From NCBI GenBank assembly GCA_038206175.1, contig JBBRBE010000002.1, positions 12,966 to 76,965 on the forward strand: DNA of 64,000 nt, in the 5' to 3' direction. The translations under genes were made by a program, and so were the position numbers. Source of the DNA: Chloroflexia bacterium. Its GTDB lineage: Bacteria > Chloroflexota > Chloroflexia > Chloroheliales > Chloroheliaceae. The notes below the pieces were generated by a model, which ran no database searches, was not told the origin of the DNA, and saw only the letters and a list, made by a program, of their open reading frames with translations. Positions 18,770 through 28,667 of the stretch are shown one piece after another; within the stretch, counting starts at the first letter, position 1, and each line of letters starts with the position of its first letter.

Positions 18770-20146
18770 ATGATCGAAACTGACCAAAGCCGCAGCACCC
18801 GTGGCGAGTTAATTTTAGAGCTGAGCGGCCAGGCCGAAAGCAATTTGCGCGATGCCGTCTGGGGCGATATTGGCCTTAGCCGTCCGGTTATGGCTCTGCT
18901 GGATAGCCGTCCTTTTCAGCGATTGCGCCGGGTGCAGCAACTCGGCTTTACCAGTTGGACCTGGCCGGGCGCACATCATAGCCGCTTCGAGCATAGCATC
19001 GGGGTTTACCACCTGACCAAACAAGTCGTGCTGCATCTTCTGCGGCGGGGCCAGCCTGATTTCACCCGTGACGAGGTTTATACGACTCTGGCGGCGGCTC
19101 TCCTGCACGACATCGGCCACTATCCTTACAGTCACGCCGTCGAAGAACTGGATTTGGAGGTGGTACGAAGCCACGAAACGATAGGCCGCGAAATTATTAC
19201 CGGGCCGGAAGTTGGCCCGATTCTGCGGGAAGCCTGGGGGTTAGACCCGCTTCGCGTCGCTGCTTTCGTGGTAAAAGACCCTGGTGTGCCGCTCAACCGG
19301 CGCGAATTGGCTTTGCGCCAGATCGTTAGTGGTGCGCTTGATACCGACAAGCTGGATTATCTCAGCCGAGATTCGCGCTATTGCAATGTGCCTTACGGCC
19401 TGGTAGATGTGCAACGGCTGATTGACTCGTTGCGGGTCTGGCCGGAAGTGGAACCTGCCGACCCGCAGGCTGCGCTGCAACTAACGATTGACGAAAAGGG
19501 CGTGGGAGCTTTGCAATCGCTCATTTTCGCCCGTTATCTGATGTTTTACAACGTCTACTGGCATCACACCAACCGCATTGCGACTGTCATGTTTTTGCGT
19601 TCGCTTCAGGAAGCCCTCGGACAGGCCGCTTTCGGCCCGGCGGAACTCGAACGCAGCGACGATGCTTCGATTATTGCCCTGGTTCAAAATACCACTCCGC
19701 CCGACTCGCTGGCCCACGAATTGATCACCGATCTCCATGAGAGGCGATTTTATAAAAGGGCACTTTCGCTGGCCGAAGATGCTAGCATGTTTATTCGCCT
19801 GAGCGTTCTAAAGTACAATCCGGCCCGGCGTAAACGGTTAGAAGAATTGTGGTGTCGGTTGGTGTCGGGGTGGGCGGGCCGGGAGTTGCGCGGCCACGAA
19901 ATTTTGCTGGACATCCCGGAGCCGAAAGGGTTCGAGATCGTGCTAAACGTGGTTTGCGAAGAGCCGCCTCACGGGTGGCCGAACCCGGTACCCTGGGGCG
20001 AGGTGAGCGGCCTGAACAACGACGATATGCGCAAGTTTCACCGCCACGTCCGCCGGATGTATATTGTGACCAAAGATAGCGAACTAGCCGCCCTGGTACG
20101 GGCGCGGTCGGAAGAACTACTGGAGGCTTACCGCCAGGTCGAGTAA
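18770..20146 (+). CDS. HD-domain phosphohydrolase (YwfO/SAMHD1-like dNTPase family)
   Basis: FQRLRRVQQLG, HSRFEHSIG, LLHDIGHYPYSH, DTDKLDYL. Confidence 0.9.
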   Translation: MIETDQSRSTRGELILELSGQAESNLRDAVWGDIGLSRPVMALLDSRPFQRLRRVQQLGFTSWTWPGAHHSRFEHSIGVYHLTKQVVLHLLRRGQPDFTRDEVYTTLAAALLHDIGHYPYSHAVEELDLEVVRSHETIGREIITGPEVGPILREAWGLDPLRVAAFVVKDPGVPLNRRELALRQIVSGALDTDKLDYLSRDSRYCNVPYGLVDVQRLIDSLRVWPEVEPADPQAALQLTIDEKGVGALQSLIFARYLMFYNVYWHHTNRIATVMFLRSLQEALGQAAFGPAELERSDDASIIALVQNTTPPDSLAHELITDLHERRFYKRALSLAEDASMFIRLSVLKYNPARRKRLEELWCRLVSGWAGRELRGHEILLDIPEPKGFEIVLNVVCEEPPHGWPNPVPWGEVSGLNNDDMRKFHRHVRRMYIVTKDSELAALVRARSEELLEAYRQVE

Positions 20147-20237
20147 GTCGGAGGAATCAGTACCGGGGAAAATGGGGAGATTTGGTAATTTTAAGGGCTT
20201 TTTTGCCCGGCAAAGAGGCGGGGTTGAGTAGATTACA

Positions 20238-20774
20238 GTGACACAGGAACAAGAAGATAAGATATTAAATGGCTGGGACGTGGCCCTCACCCCGCAGGAT
20301 CGCTCGGCGGGCGGGGTGGTTTTTCGGCCTTACGTGCGGACGCGGGACAACAAGGCAGGCTATCTGGTTTGCCTGATCGAGCGGAGTCAGAGCGGTTGGT
20401 GGGATTTACCCAAAGGCCATCTGGAAGCCGGGGAAACCGAGGAGCAAGCCGCTCTGCGCGAAGTCGAAGAAGAGGCCGGGTTGCGCGGCGAGATCGTGGC
20501 GGGCCTGGGTGCTGCCCGTTATATCGCTGATACCCGCAAAGGCAGCTTGCGAAAGCAGGTGCGCTGGTATTTGATGCGCGATACTAATCCTAAACTGGAA
20601 AAGCCGCGCCCTCAGCCCGGCGAAACCCACGACGCTATCTGGTGCGATATTGACGACGCGATTGCACTGGTATATTTCGAGAACGCCCGCGTCATTCTCA
20701 AACGCGCCCGCCGGGTTCTTGCCAAAGGTAACTTTCAAGGTACCGAAACTGGCGGTTGGGGCGTTGGCATTTGA
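20238..20774 (+). CDS. NUDIX hydrolase (Ap4A-hydrolase-like)
   Basis: SAGGVV, WDLPKGHLEAGETEEQAALREVEEEAG Nudix box. Confidence 0.92.
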   Translation: MTQEQEDKILNGWDVALTPQDRSAGGVVFRPYVRTRDNKAGYLVCLIERSQSGWWDLPKGHLEAGETEEQAALREVEEEAGLRGEIVAGLGAARYIADTRKGSLRKQVRWYLMRDTNPKLEKPRPQPGETHDAIWCDIDDAIALVYFENARVILKRARRVLAKGNFQGTETGGWGVGI

Positions 20775-20794
20775 GGTGAAGTTTGATGCGGTTC

Positions 20795-20837
20795 ATCGGC
20801 CTGACCGAAAGCGAAAAAGCCTTTCGGTCAGGCCGAT
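20795..20837 (+). terminator. stem-loop after the HD-NUDIX pair
   Basis: ATCGGCCTGACCGAAAG-loop-CTTTCGGTCAGGCCGAT, 17-bp stem. Confidence 0.7.
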
Positions 20838-21021
20838 TTAGTTGTAGACTTCGGTATTTGGGCTTAAATCTGGGGTTTAGAACGACGGGAATAAAAATTG
20901 CTACGGGTTTCACAAGATAGGCTACCCTTTATCTTTATGTTTTCTATAGTGTTAGGTCGGCCTGAGCGGTTTATAATAAGGCTGATTTAGGAAACGATTG
21001 TGATAGAGAGGAAGTTACCTG

Positions 21022-21849
21022 GTGTACTCAAACCTGTTCAAGCGACTCTTTTTGTTCCTGTTCTTTGGGGTTTACTGTTTCATTTATCCCTCCTCCCTTT
21101 TCTTGCTGGCCACCAACTCTGTGCCGGTCGGTACCGAATGGATGGCGACTTTGATGCTGGCTCTGGTTGGGTTGGCTGCGACTGCCTGGATGGTGCTAAA
21201 TTATGGGTTGGGCCGAGGTCTGGCGGCAGGGGCGGCAATGCTGGTCGGTGGCTTCGCGGTCGAAACCGTCGGAGTTAGCACCGGCTTTCCTTTTGGCGCA
21301 TACACCTACACCGAGGCTCTCGCTCCCAAACTGCTGGTCGTCCCAATTGGTATTACCTCGGCCTGGATGATGATCGTGCTTTCTTCTTTCTTTATGTCGC
21401 GCTTTGTAGTCGCCCGGTTGTGGCCGCACCGTGGTCTGGCAAGCGTGGTTTGCCTGAGTGCGGCCCTGACGGTGCTGAGCGATCTGGTGATGGAACCGGT
21501 GGCAGTGCATATTCAGGGCTACTGGTTGTGGCGGGATGGCGGAGCTTACTACGGTGTGCCGACCTCTAATTTTGTGGCCTGGACGGTCGTAAGTTTGCTT
21601 TTGGTGCTGTTGCTGGCCTTGATCGTGGGAGAGCGACGGCTGGATGCTCTCAAAGCCAGATCGGTCGAGTATCAATACCGCTTTGTGCCGATTGCCCTTT
21701 ATCTGATGAATCTGGCGATGTTTACTATTGTTAATCTAACCCACCTGAACTATCTGGCCGGGTGTATCGGGCTGGGAGTCGGCCTGGTCTGTGGCTTGCT
21801 TTTGGCCCGCGCCAGTGGCTTGATGCAACGGCGGCCTTTGTTTGCCTGA
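21022..21849 (+). CDS. cruF: carotenoid biosynthesis membrane protein (CruF-like 1',2'-hydratase family)
   Basis: ETVGVSTGFPFGAYTY, VPIGITSAW, DLVMEPVA, YYGVPTSNFVAW. Confidence 0.82.
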   Translation: MYSNLFKRLFLFLFFGVYCFIYPSSLFLLATNSVPVGTEWMATLMLALVGLAATAWMVLNYGLGRGLAAGAAMLVGGFAVETVGVSTGFPFGAYTYTEALAPKLLVVPIGITSAWMMIVLSSFFMSRFVVARLWPHRGLASVVCLSAALTVLSDLVMEPVAVHIQGYWLWRDGGAYYGVPTSNFVAWTVVSLLLVLLLALIVGERRLDALKARSVEYQYRFVPIALYLMNLAMFTIVNLTHLNYLAGCIGLGVGLVCGLLLARASGLMQRRPLFA

Positions 21850-21875
21850 TCCTGGTTGTCCTGGATCTCTAAGTG

Positions 21876-21922
21876 AAAAAAGAGCCATTCCAGAATTCAT
21901 TAGACGGAATGGCTCTTTTTTT
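21876..21922 (+). terminator. intrinsic terminator
   Basis: AAAAAAGAGCCATTCC...GGAATGGCTCTTTTTTT. Confidence 0.85.
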
Positions 21923-22046
21923 GTTTGCTGCGCGCCGCTCGAAGCCGAAGGAGGCTAAAAAGCAACTTTCCAGAGGAGCCTTTATGGAGTATAATAAGGT
22001 TAAGAAAAAGTAACCGTTACCAGCCGACAAGCAACGGGGAATAAAA

Positions 22047-23918
22047 ATGACGATTGAAAATGACCACGACAGCCTGCGGGCCGGGCTATCTATGCCTGCC
22101 GAGCCTCGCCAAGATTTAGCCGCCAACGGCCTTAATCGCTCCCAAACCCTCTACCGTAAATGGCGTTCCCAGACTTTTGACCAACTGGTGGGCCAGGATG
22201 CCATTACGCGCACCCTGAAAAACGCGATAGCCAGTGGCCGGGTGGCGCACGCTTACCTTTTTTGCGGGCCGCGTGGTACCGGCAAGACTTCGACCGGGCG
22301 GTTGCTGGCAAAAGCAGTCAACTGCCTCGACCCCGACCCCCAGGTCCGGCCCTGCGACCGTTGCGAAGCCTGCCGTTCGATTGCCGAGGGTCGCGCCCTG
22401 GACTTGATCGAAATTGACGCCGCCAGTAATCGCGGTATTGATGAAGTGCGCGACCTGCGCGATAAGATTAATTTCCAGCCGTCTTTCCTCAAAAAGAAGG
22501 TTTACATCATTGACGAAGTGCATATGATGACCGAGGCGGCTTTTAACGCACTGCTCAAAACTCTGGAAGAGCCGCCCGCCCACGCTCTTTTCATACTCGC
22601 AACGACCGACCCGCAAGACATCCCGGCTACGGTACTTTCTCGCTGCCAGCGGTTCGATTTTCAGCGGATCGGCCTGGAAACTATCGCGGCACGGCTGGCC
22701 TACGTCTGCGAACAGGAAGGCGTGCCTTTCGAGCCGAGCGCACTTGATATGGTGGCTCGGCAGGCGACCGGCGCGATGCGCGACGCGCTTTCGCTGCTGG
22801 ATCAATTGATCGTTTTTAGCGGTGGGCGAATTACCCTGGAAGCCGTGCGGCTGATGCTGGGCGTGATGAATAGCGAAGCGGTGGCCGATTTTGTAGAGAA
22901 GTTGGCGACGAGCGATCTGTCCGGCGGTCTGGAAGGGATCAACCGCCTGGTGCAATCCGGCACGGACCTCAAGCGGTTCAATCGTGAACTGGTCGAGCAT
23001 TTGCGAAACTTGATGCTGCTCAAGGTCAACCCGCAGGGCCGCGAACTGACCGATCTGACCGCCGAGGCTCTGGCCCGGTTGCAAGACCAGGCTGCCCGAA
23101 TGGAAGGCGGAGCAATTCTAGGCTTTCTCAAAACCTTTAGCGCGGTAGATTACAACTTGAAAGTTTCGCCCTACGGCCAGTTACCGCTCGAAATCGCCCT
23201 GATGGAGAGCCTGTTACAACCGGCCCCTGCCCTAGCCAGCCCGCGCCCGGTTGCCGAGGTTACTCCGTCCCGCCCGGTGGCGGCTTCGGTTTCGGCGGCA
23301 ACCCGACCGTCTGCATACAATGGCTTACCTGCCTCTAAACCTGCGCCCGCCCCGGCCTGGTCTGCCGAGCCAGAGCAGGTTCCTCCGGTTGCGCCAGCCA
23401 TCGTCAGCCCGCCTGTTTCGGCTTCGGCTTCAATAGAAGTAACCGATACGACGCCTGCGCCCGAAGCTGTTTCGGTCGGCGAGGTTGTGCGCCTGGAACT
23501 AACTAGCGTTACGGGCCTGTGGTCGAAAGCGATGGATAGCATCAAGGCTCAGAATAAACTAACTGCGGCAATGCTGATCGCAGCCCGGCCCGTGGCGGTC
23601 AAGGGCAATCGCGTTTCGCTGGCTTTCGCTTATCCTTTCCACCGCAACAAGATCAACCAGGATGTCACCCGCCGCAACGTGGAGGATCATCTTTCTGCGG
23701 TTGTCGGGCAGCGCGTGGTAATCGAGTGTGTAGACGAAAGCGGAGACAGCGCGGTGCTTGAAGACAGCCCGGCCCGAAGTGAGGCTCCTTCCAACTCCAA
23801 CGAGCCGATCCCTTTTCGCCCTTCCTTCGAGGTTCCGGCTTCCACTACGGCTAAACCGCCCTCAAACGGACGCACCAAAGCCGCCCTGGACATTTTCAAC
23901 GCCCGCCTGATAGATTAG
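22047..23918 (+). CDS. dnaX: DNA polymerase III subunit gamma/tau
   Basis: LYRKWRSQTF, GPRGTGKT, CDRCEAC, EIDAASNRG, DEVHM, SRCQ; P/A/S-rich linker and C-terminal domain. Confidence 0.97.
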   Translation: MTIENDHDSLRAGLSMPAEPRQDLAANGLNRSQTLYRKWRSQTFDQLVGQDAITRTLKNAIASGRVAHAYLFCGPRGTGKTSTGRLLAKAVNCLDPDPQVRPCDRCEACRSIAEGRALDLIEIDAASNRGIDEVRDLRDKINFQPSFLKKKVYIIDEVHMMTEAAFNALLKTLEEPPAHALFILATTDPQDIPATVLSRCQRFDFQRIGLETIAARLAYVCEQEGVPFEPSALDMVARQATGAMRDALSLLDQLIVFSGGRITLEAVRLMLGVMNSEAVADFVEKLATSDLSGGLEGINRLVQSGTDLKRFNRELVEHLRNLMLLKVNPQGRELTDLTAEALARLQDQAARMEGGAILGFLKTFSAVDYNLKVSPYGQLPLEIALMESLLQPAPALASPRPVAEVTPSRPVAASVSAATRPSAYNGLPASKPAPAPAWSAEPEQVPPVAPAIVSPPVSASASIEVTDTTPAPEAVSVGEVVRLELTSVTGLWSKAMDSIKAQNKLTAAMLIAARPVAVKGNRVSLAFAYPFHRNKINQDVTRRNVEDHLSAVVGQRVVIECVDESGDSAVLEDSPARSEAPSNSNEPIPFRPSFEVPASTTAKPPSNGRTKAALDIFNARLID

Positions 23919-23979
23919 ATGTTCTTCGCATAAAAATAATAAAAAGGCAGAACTGTTGTCTTCAACTTGAGGAAAGATG

Positions 23980-25038
23980 CTAAGTGACTACATTCAAGAA
24001 GTCGAAAAGCTGGTCTATAAACCGTAAATATGCATTTGACTCTTCCACTAATAATTCGGTTAGATTATAGTAGGAAGTAATCAGCGGGTCTTATTTGATG
24101 CGATGATGAACTTCCGGCGTAATGCAACTTGCTAATAAAAGAGTAGCCACGCCGGGAGCAGTGCGTCGGACTTCCTCAAAAGATTTCTTTGCCTCACCGT
24201 ACCGCTCTAATGCCCCTGCCGGGTCTGCTCCGCCTTTAACTTCCAGTGCACACACGGTTGCGCCGTTCTGATCTAATAGTGATATATCCGGGTCGCTCGA
24301 AAACAAAATGGATGTACGATTGGTCAGCAAAACTCCCCGGTAACGTTCTATCTGCCCTAATTGTTCCTGTATTCTGATTGGGTCGTAAAGCTCTATCGCC
24401 TGTCCTTTTTGGGGGATAAGGGCTGCAAGTAAATTACGCTCTTTCACTTCCTTAACTAAAAGCCGTTGTACTACCTTCTCCGCTTCTTCCCCAATGGCAT
24501 TACGCCATGAGCCATCTATTTGTGCACCGGTGGAAGCAAGCAAAATACCATATAACTCTTCTTTGGTAATGCTCTGAATAGAAGAATCTACTATCAGCGT
24601 TATATGCTCGTTAAACAGGCGCACAAGCGTCAACGCTTGTGCCTCACTGAGTGAAAGGCGGTTTTGCGTATCGGTTTCTATTTTCTTTACATCTACCCCG
24701 GCTTTAGCAAGATAGCCCACTGATTTTTGCGAGAGTGCGGCAATATTCCGGTAGTAAGCTAATAACCGGGGATACTCCCGTATTAGCTTGGGATGGCAAA
24801 ACACCTGAAACAGGTGAAAATCAGAGTTCCCAGTAATGTATGTATAGGCATCCTCACCTATATTCCATTCACTACGTTCTTCCCATGCATAAAGGTGTTC
24901 AACTGAAAACAGTTCTGCAACCATGCCAGGAAAAGCAAGGGTGTTGTACTCTTTGAGCTTACGATAGAAAAAAGTAGAGCGTAGGCGGTAGTTGATACGG
25001 TTAGCTTCGGCTAGTAGTGCGGCTTCATCTGCTGCCAT
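23980..25038 (-). pseudogene. XcyI-family type II restriction endonuclease interrupted by an in-frame TAA at 24091-24093
   Basis: ATG at 25038 lies 2 nt after the MTase stop. GSWRNAIG, FSSDPDI, ALEVKGGADPAG (PD-D/ExK core). The frame continues 36 codons past the TAA (DPLITSYYNLTELL...NVVT) to TAG at 23980. Confidence 0.7.
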
Positions 25039-25040
25039 AG

Positions 25041-26510
25041 TCACCTTTTTTCCCACACATAAACACATTTGCGTAGCTCTGAACGGCCATGATTTCCCAT
25101 TTGCTGGCTGCTGTTACCTTTACCCCGTCCTAGTGTCCAGATTATTCGCGTGGTTAGTCCAAAAGTTTCCGCTATCTCCGATAAAATCAGGTCAACCGGG
25201 ACTTCTTCGCCTGCATACCGCACGTTGTCATTTACCATTGCTACAATACCCCCAGGTCGGATGAGGCGGGCGAGTTCAAAAATTACAAAGCACATTTCGT
25301 AAAAATAGTTCCTTACCAGGCGGGCTATATGTTCATTGTTAAGTTTCCCTGCGTCCCGGTATTGGTCGAGAATACCTAATACTTCGTGTAATGCCTGCTG
25401 CTGTTCAAACGTGCGGTCAACCAATATAAAGTCAGCGTTCCGACCTATGCTGGTGTAAAACTGCTGTAACTGCCCGCGCTTGTTTTTGTTCTCGACAGTG
25501 CAAGAAAGCATCTTTTGCCTCAACCGCTTTACGTCCTCGTGATTGTGTCCTAAAAAAACCAATTCAAGGGCGTAAGTTCGGGTGTAATCGTAGCGATTTG
25601 CATAAGGGGGCGAAGTCAGCACGAAATCAATACTACTTGATGCCATCATGGGTAATCTCTCAAGGCAGGAATCTTCTAACCGCTCAGGTTCAGGACCGGG
25701 CTGGATTGTTTCGTTAGCTTCTTCAAATAGTTGAGACTGAATCATGCCGCCTTTTAGCTCGGTAAGCATTTGTGATAGCTTTTCCTCAATGGCCTGACGA
25801 AATGGCCGAATAACGCCTTTATTAAAAGGTTTTTGGCCCTGTGAGCGGCCCGACCGAAAATCCCAGCGTAAATATTGACCATCTTTCCGTGTATAACTGA
25901 TGTCCTCCAGAATGCAGAATGCGGCAAATAGTAGTAGGGTCTGTATATCCACATCTTTTACCTGCTGGCGACAATAAGCAATATAACCTATTAGCTGGCG
26001 TTCTTCCTCCTCTGGAAATGCCCCTTTTGTAATGGCAATATGGTCTAGGACGTGCTTCTCATCGTAGTATTTCTGAAAATCCAATGAGGCTAAACGGCTG
26101 ATGGCTAGATCAAAGCTGGTAATATCAATACGGGCTGCAACCAGACGAGCCTGCATCGCATAGATGCCAACTGGCAAAACCTCGATGCCCTTCGTCTGCC
26201 AACCTTGCTCCCTCGCCGCAAACAGGGCCGCTCCAGCTCCGGCAAACGGGTCTAGCAAAATTCCAGTGGATTGCGGCCAAAGTTGTTCCAGAAGGTAAGT
26301 TACTAAGCGTTGTGAAAACCCTTCCTTGTATTTGAACCAGGAATAAAAAGGGGTACGTTTATTAGCTTGAAAACTAACAAGCGTTCTGTCTAAAGCTGGA
26401 TTTTGAACAATGCATTTCTGATATTTTTGATAGAGAATGTCTCGGGCCTGGGTAGGAGTAGGGTCGCTACTCAGGTCCTCCTTGAACGTTTCAGCTAATG
26501 TAGTAAGCAT
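25041..26510 (-). CDS. amino-DNA methyltransferase, probably m4C, alpha-type motif order
   Basis: WFKYKEGFS, LDPFAGAG (SAM binding) precedes VLTSPPY (catalytic motif IV); coupled to the REase; AT-rich relative to flanks. Confidence 0.9.
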   Translation of the reverse strand: MLTTLAETFKEDLSSDPTPTQARDILYQKYQKCIVQNPALDRTLVSFQANKRTPFYSWFKYKEGFSQRLVTYLLEQLWPQSTGILLDPFAGAGAALFAAREQGWQTKGIEVLPVGIYAMQARLVAARIDITSFDLAISRLASLDFQKYYDEKHVLDHIAITKGAFPEEEERQLIGYIAYCRQQVKDVDIQTLLLFAAFCILEDISYTRKDGQYLRWDFRSGRSQGQKPFNKGVIRPFRQAIEEKLSQMLTELKGGMIQSQLFEEANETIQPGPEPERLEDSCLERLPMMASSSIDFVLTSPPYANRYDYTRTYALELVFLGHNHEDVKRLRQKMLSCTVENKNKRGQLQQFYTSIGRNADFILVDRTFEQQQALHEVLGILDQYRDAGKLNNEHIARLVRNYFYEMCFVIFELARLIRPGGIVAMVNDNVRYAGEEVPVDLILSEIAETFGLTTRIIWTLGRGKGNSSQQMGNHGRSELRKCVYVWEKR

Positions 26511-26643
26511 TAAAAATCCCTGTCTTTGTTACACGGCTGCGCGTCATAATTAGCAAAAAGAATACGACAATTCTAACACAAGAGTATTGCAATAAAAAAC
26601 ACCCCTGCCATAGGTGTTTCTTTCACTACTAGCACTTGCCAGC

Positions 26644-28137
26644 CTAGATTTTGACAAGGGCGGTGCGGTCTTCGGCGTTGGAGTCTCCTTGAGGGGCCGG
26701 GGTTAGGCTGGAAAGCTCGGTTCCATAGAGGCGCGGCAGATACAGGTGGAAGGTCGTACCCTTCTTCTCGTGGCTTTCGACTGTAACCCGCCCGTGGTGC
26801 CGCTCGACGATAGACTTGACGATGTAGAGGCCCAGGCCGTGTCCTCCGACTTGCTTGCCTTCGGCGGTCTGTTTGCCCGGCTTGAAAATCTCGGCGCGGT
26901 CTTCGGCGTTAATCAGTGCGCCATCGTTCCAGACCCATACTTCTAACTCCTCGGTATCCACCGTGCCGGGCTTGCGAATAGTGCGAAGCCCCACCCCGAT
27001 ACCCTGTAAGCTGAACTTGCGGGCATTGCTCAAGAGGTTCAAAAGGGCGTGTTCCATCAGGCTAGGATCAATTGTCCACTCTCTGGCTTCGATATTGCGT
27101 TGCACGCTATAACCCCGCAAGTCCACCAGTTGCAATACTTTATCTACCATTCCGCTCAGGTTTACCGGCTTAAGCTCTAGCTGTTGTTCGCGGCGGGCCA
27201 GCACCTCGCTGATCGTCGCTACGCTCAAGTCAGCCATTTCGATCACTTTGTCAAGGTTCTCGTAGACATCCTCTGGTAGGTCGGGGTGGAGAATCGTCGA
27301 AAGTTCGGCTAGCCCCTTGATGCTGCTCAGGGGCGATTTCAGGTCGTGGCGCACCGTCGTTAGCATGTCCCGGTTGATGTTTACCTCGGCTTGCAACACA
27401 TTTAACTGGTCGGTCAGATGCCCGGTTTGCTTCCACAATAGCTGGGTCAAGTTATCGTTGAGGCGACGGAGCGGCCCAATTACCGAAGACATTACAAAAG
27501 CTACCACCAACCCGCCGATGAGTCCCACCACCAGGGCCAGCCAGAGGGTCGCCTGGGCTGCCTCGGTTTGAACCGTATCGGAGCGAGTAGCCGCACTCAT
27601 GGCCTGGCTGTTAGCCAGGTTCAGGCGAGTATCAAGCAACCCCAGCAATTTTTGAATTTCGGCTTCGGCTTCTTCCCAGAGGGCGCGAGCTTCGGCGGTA
27701 CGTCCCGCTTCGTTGGTGCTTATAATCCGGGTGTAAAATTCTTTTAGATAATCGTGGACAACAATGAGCGGATAAACTAACTCGTTTCGGGTTACAAGTA
27801 TATTGATTTCTTGCTGAAAATCATCTTCGTGCTGGCTCAGCCTGGGGTCGGACTGGCCGGTGTAGAGCGTGTTTAACAGGCTTACTCGTTCGTTAACGAG
27901 AGCTTCCCGCAGGCGTTGAAGCTGATTGGCGGTGGTTTGCTGGTCCAGAGCCTGATGGCTGCTATCTTTGCCCTGGTTAATATTGTAGAGCGATACAATA
28001 GTTAGAATGACCAGTACCGCCAGCATCAGTACGAAAGCAGCGATCACTTTTAGCACCAGAGGCTCGGTAAACCGGCTGGTGCTGGTGCCAATATTGTCGC
28101 GTGTAAGGGGCGGCGGCGAAAGTTTGCTCGAACTCAT
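26644..28137 (-). CDS. membrane sensor histidine kinase (helical extracellular domain, HisKA, HATPase)
   Basis: Two TM segments; RHDLKSPL, NLLSNARKF, GHGLGL, GTTF. Confidence 0.92.
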   Translation of the reverse strand: MSSSKLSPPPLTRDNIGTSTSRFTEPLVLKVIAAFVLMLAVLVILTIVSLYNINQGKDSSHQALDQQTTANQLQRLREALVNERVSLLNTLYTGQSDPRLSQHEDDFQQEINILVTRNELVYPLIVVHDYLKEFYTRIISTNEAGRTAEARALWEEAEAEIQKLLGLLDTRLNLANSQAMSAATRSDTVQTEAAQATLWLALVVGLIGGLVVAFVMSSVIGPLRRLNDNLTQLLWKQTGHLTDQLNVLQAEVNINRDMLTTVRHDLKSPLSSIKGLAELSTILHPDLPEDVYENLDKVIEMADLSVATISEVLARREQQLELKPVNLSGMVDKVLQLVDLRGYSVQRNIEAREWTIDPSLMEHALLNLLSNARKFSLQGIGVGLRTIRKPGTVDTEELEVWVWNDGALINAEDRAEIFKPGKQTAEGKQVGGHGLGLYIVKSIVERHHGRVTVESHEKKGTTFHLYLPRLYGTELSSLTPAPQGDSNAEDRTALVKI

Positions 28138-28206
28138 AAAATGTCCTATGTCGTCCTCGACCTGTTTTTTAGCTTCCCGGCTTGTAATCTCGTGTAAAAA
28201 ATTCGT

Positions 28207-28629
28207 TCAAGATTGGCTATCTTCGATGGCCCGTAGCAAGGCGTTAAGCCCACCTCCTGTGCCGGTTTTGGCAACGGCGGCCCAAAACCCCCACTCTTTT
28301 GCTTCCCGCGCCTGGCTTAGCAGGTGATCATCGCTGGAATAAAGCACAAAACGAGTACCTTCCGGCAGTCCGCTACCCAGGAACCAGCCCCGCAGCATAG
28401 TCGGTTGCACATCTACAATAGGTTGTCCTTCGAGGTCTTTGGCGATGTTATGGCCGTCCAGGATCACTAGCTGAGGTACCGGACCATGTTCCAGCACCTG
28501 CCGAAATTGGCCTAGCATCTGGGCCGGTTGGCTGCTATTGAGGGTTGTAACCTGGTGGCCGCGAGCCTGGAGAGCGCGTAGCACAATTTCCAGGCTTAAC
28601 TGATCGTCATCGGCATAAACAATATTCAT
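28207..28629 (-). CDS. stand-alone atypical receiver-domain protein (paralog 2)
   Basis: IVYADDD, VILDGHN, LYSSDD, AVAK. ATG at 28629 preferred; the track starts at 28656. Confidence 0.8.
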   Translation of the reverse strand: MNIVYADDDQLSLEIVLRALQARGHQVTTLNSSQPAQMLGQFRQVLEHGPVPQLVILDGHNIAKDLEGQPIVDVQPTMLRGWFLGSGLPEGTRFVLYSSDDHLLSQAREAKEWGFWAAVAKTGTGGGLNALLRAIEDSQS

Positions 28630-28667
28630 AGGGGCGGCAAACTCCTGTTGGGTCAAAAAAGGGGTGA

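Noticed and set aside
21850-22046. Possible SRP RNA (ffs) upstream of dnaX
   Set aside because: No CAGG-GNRA-AGCAG helix-8 core; only a terminator and promoter-like sequence.
22047-23918. Programmed frameshift or slippage making the gamma subunit
   Set aside because: No A-AAA-AAG heptamer or long A run seen near the linker.
24091-24093. Recoding (Sec/Pyl) of the REase stop
   Set aside because: The codon is TAA, which is neither UGA nor UAG.
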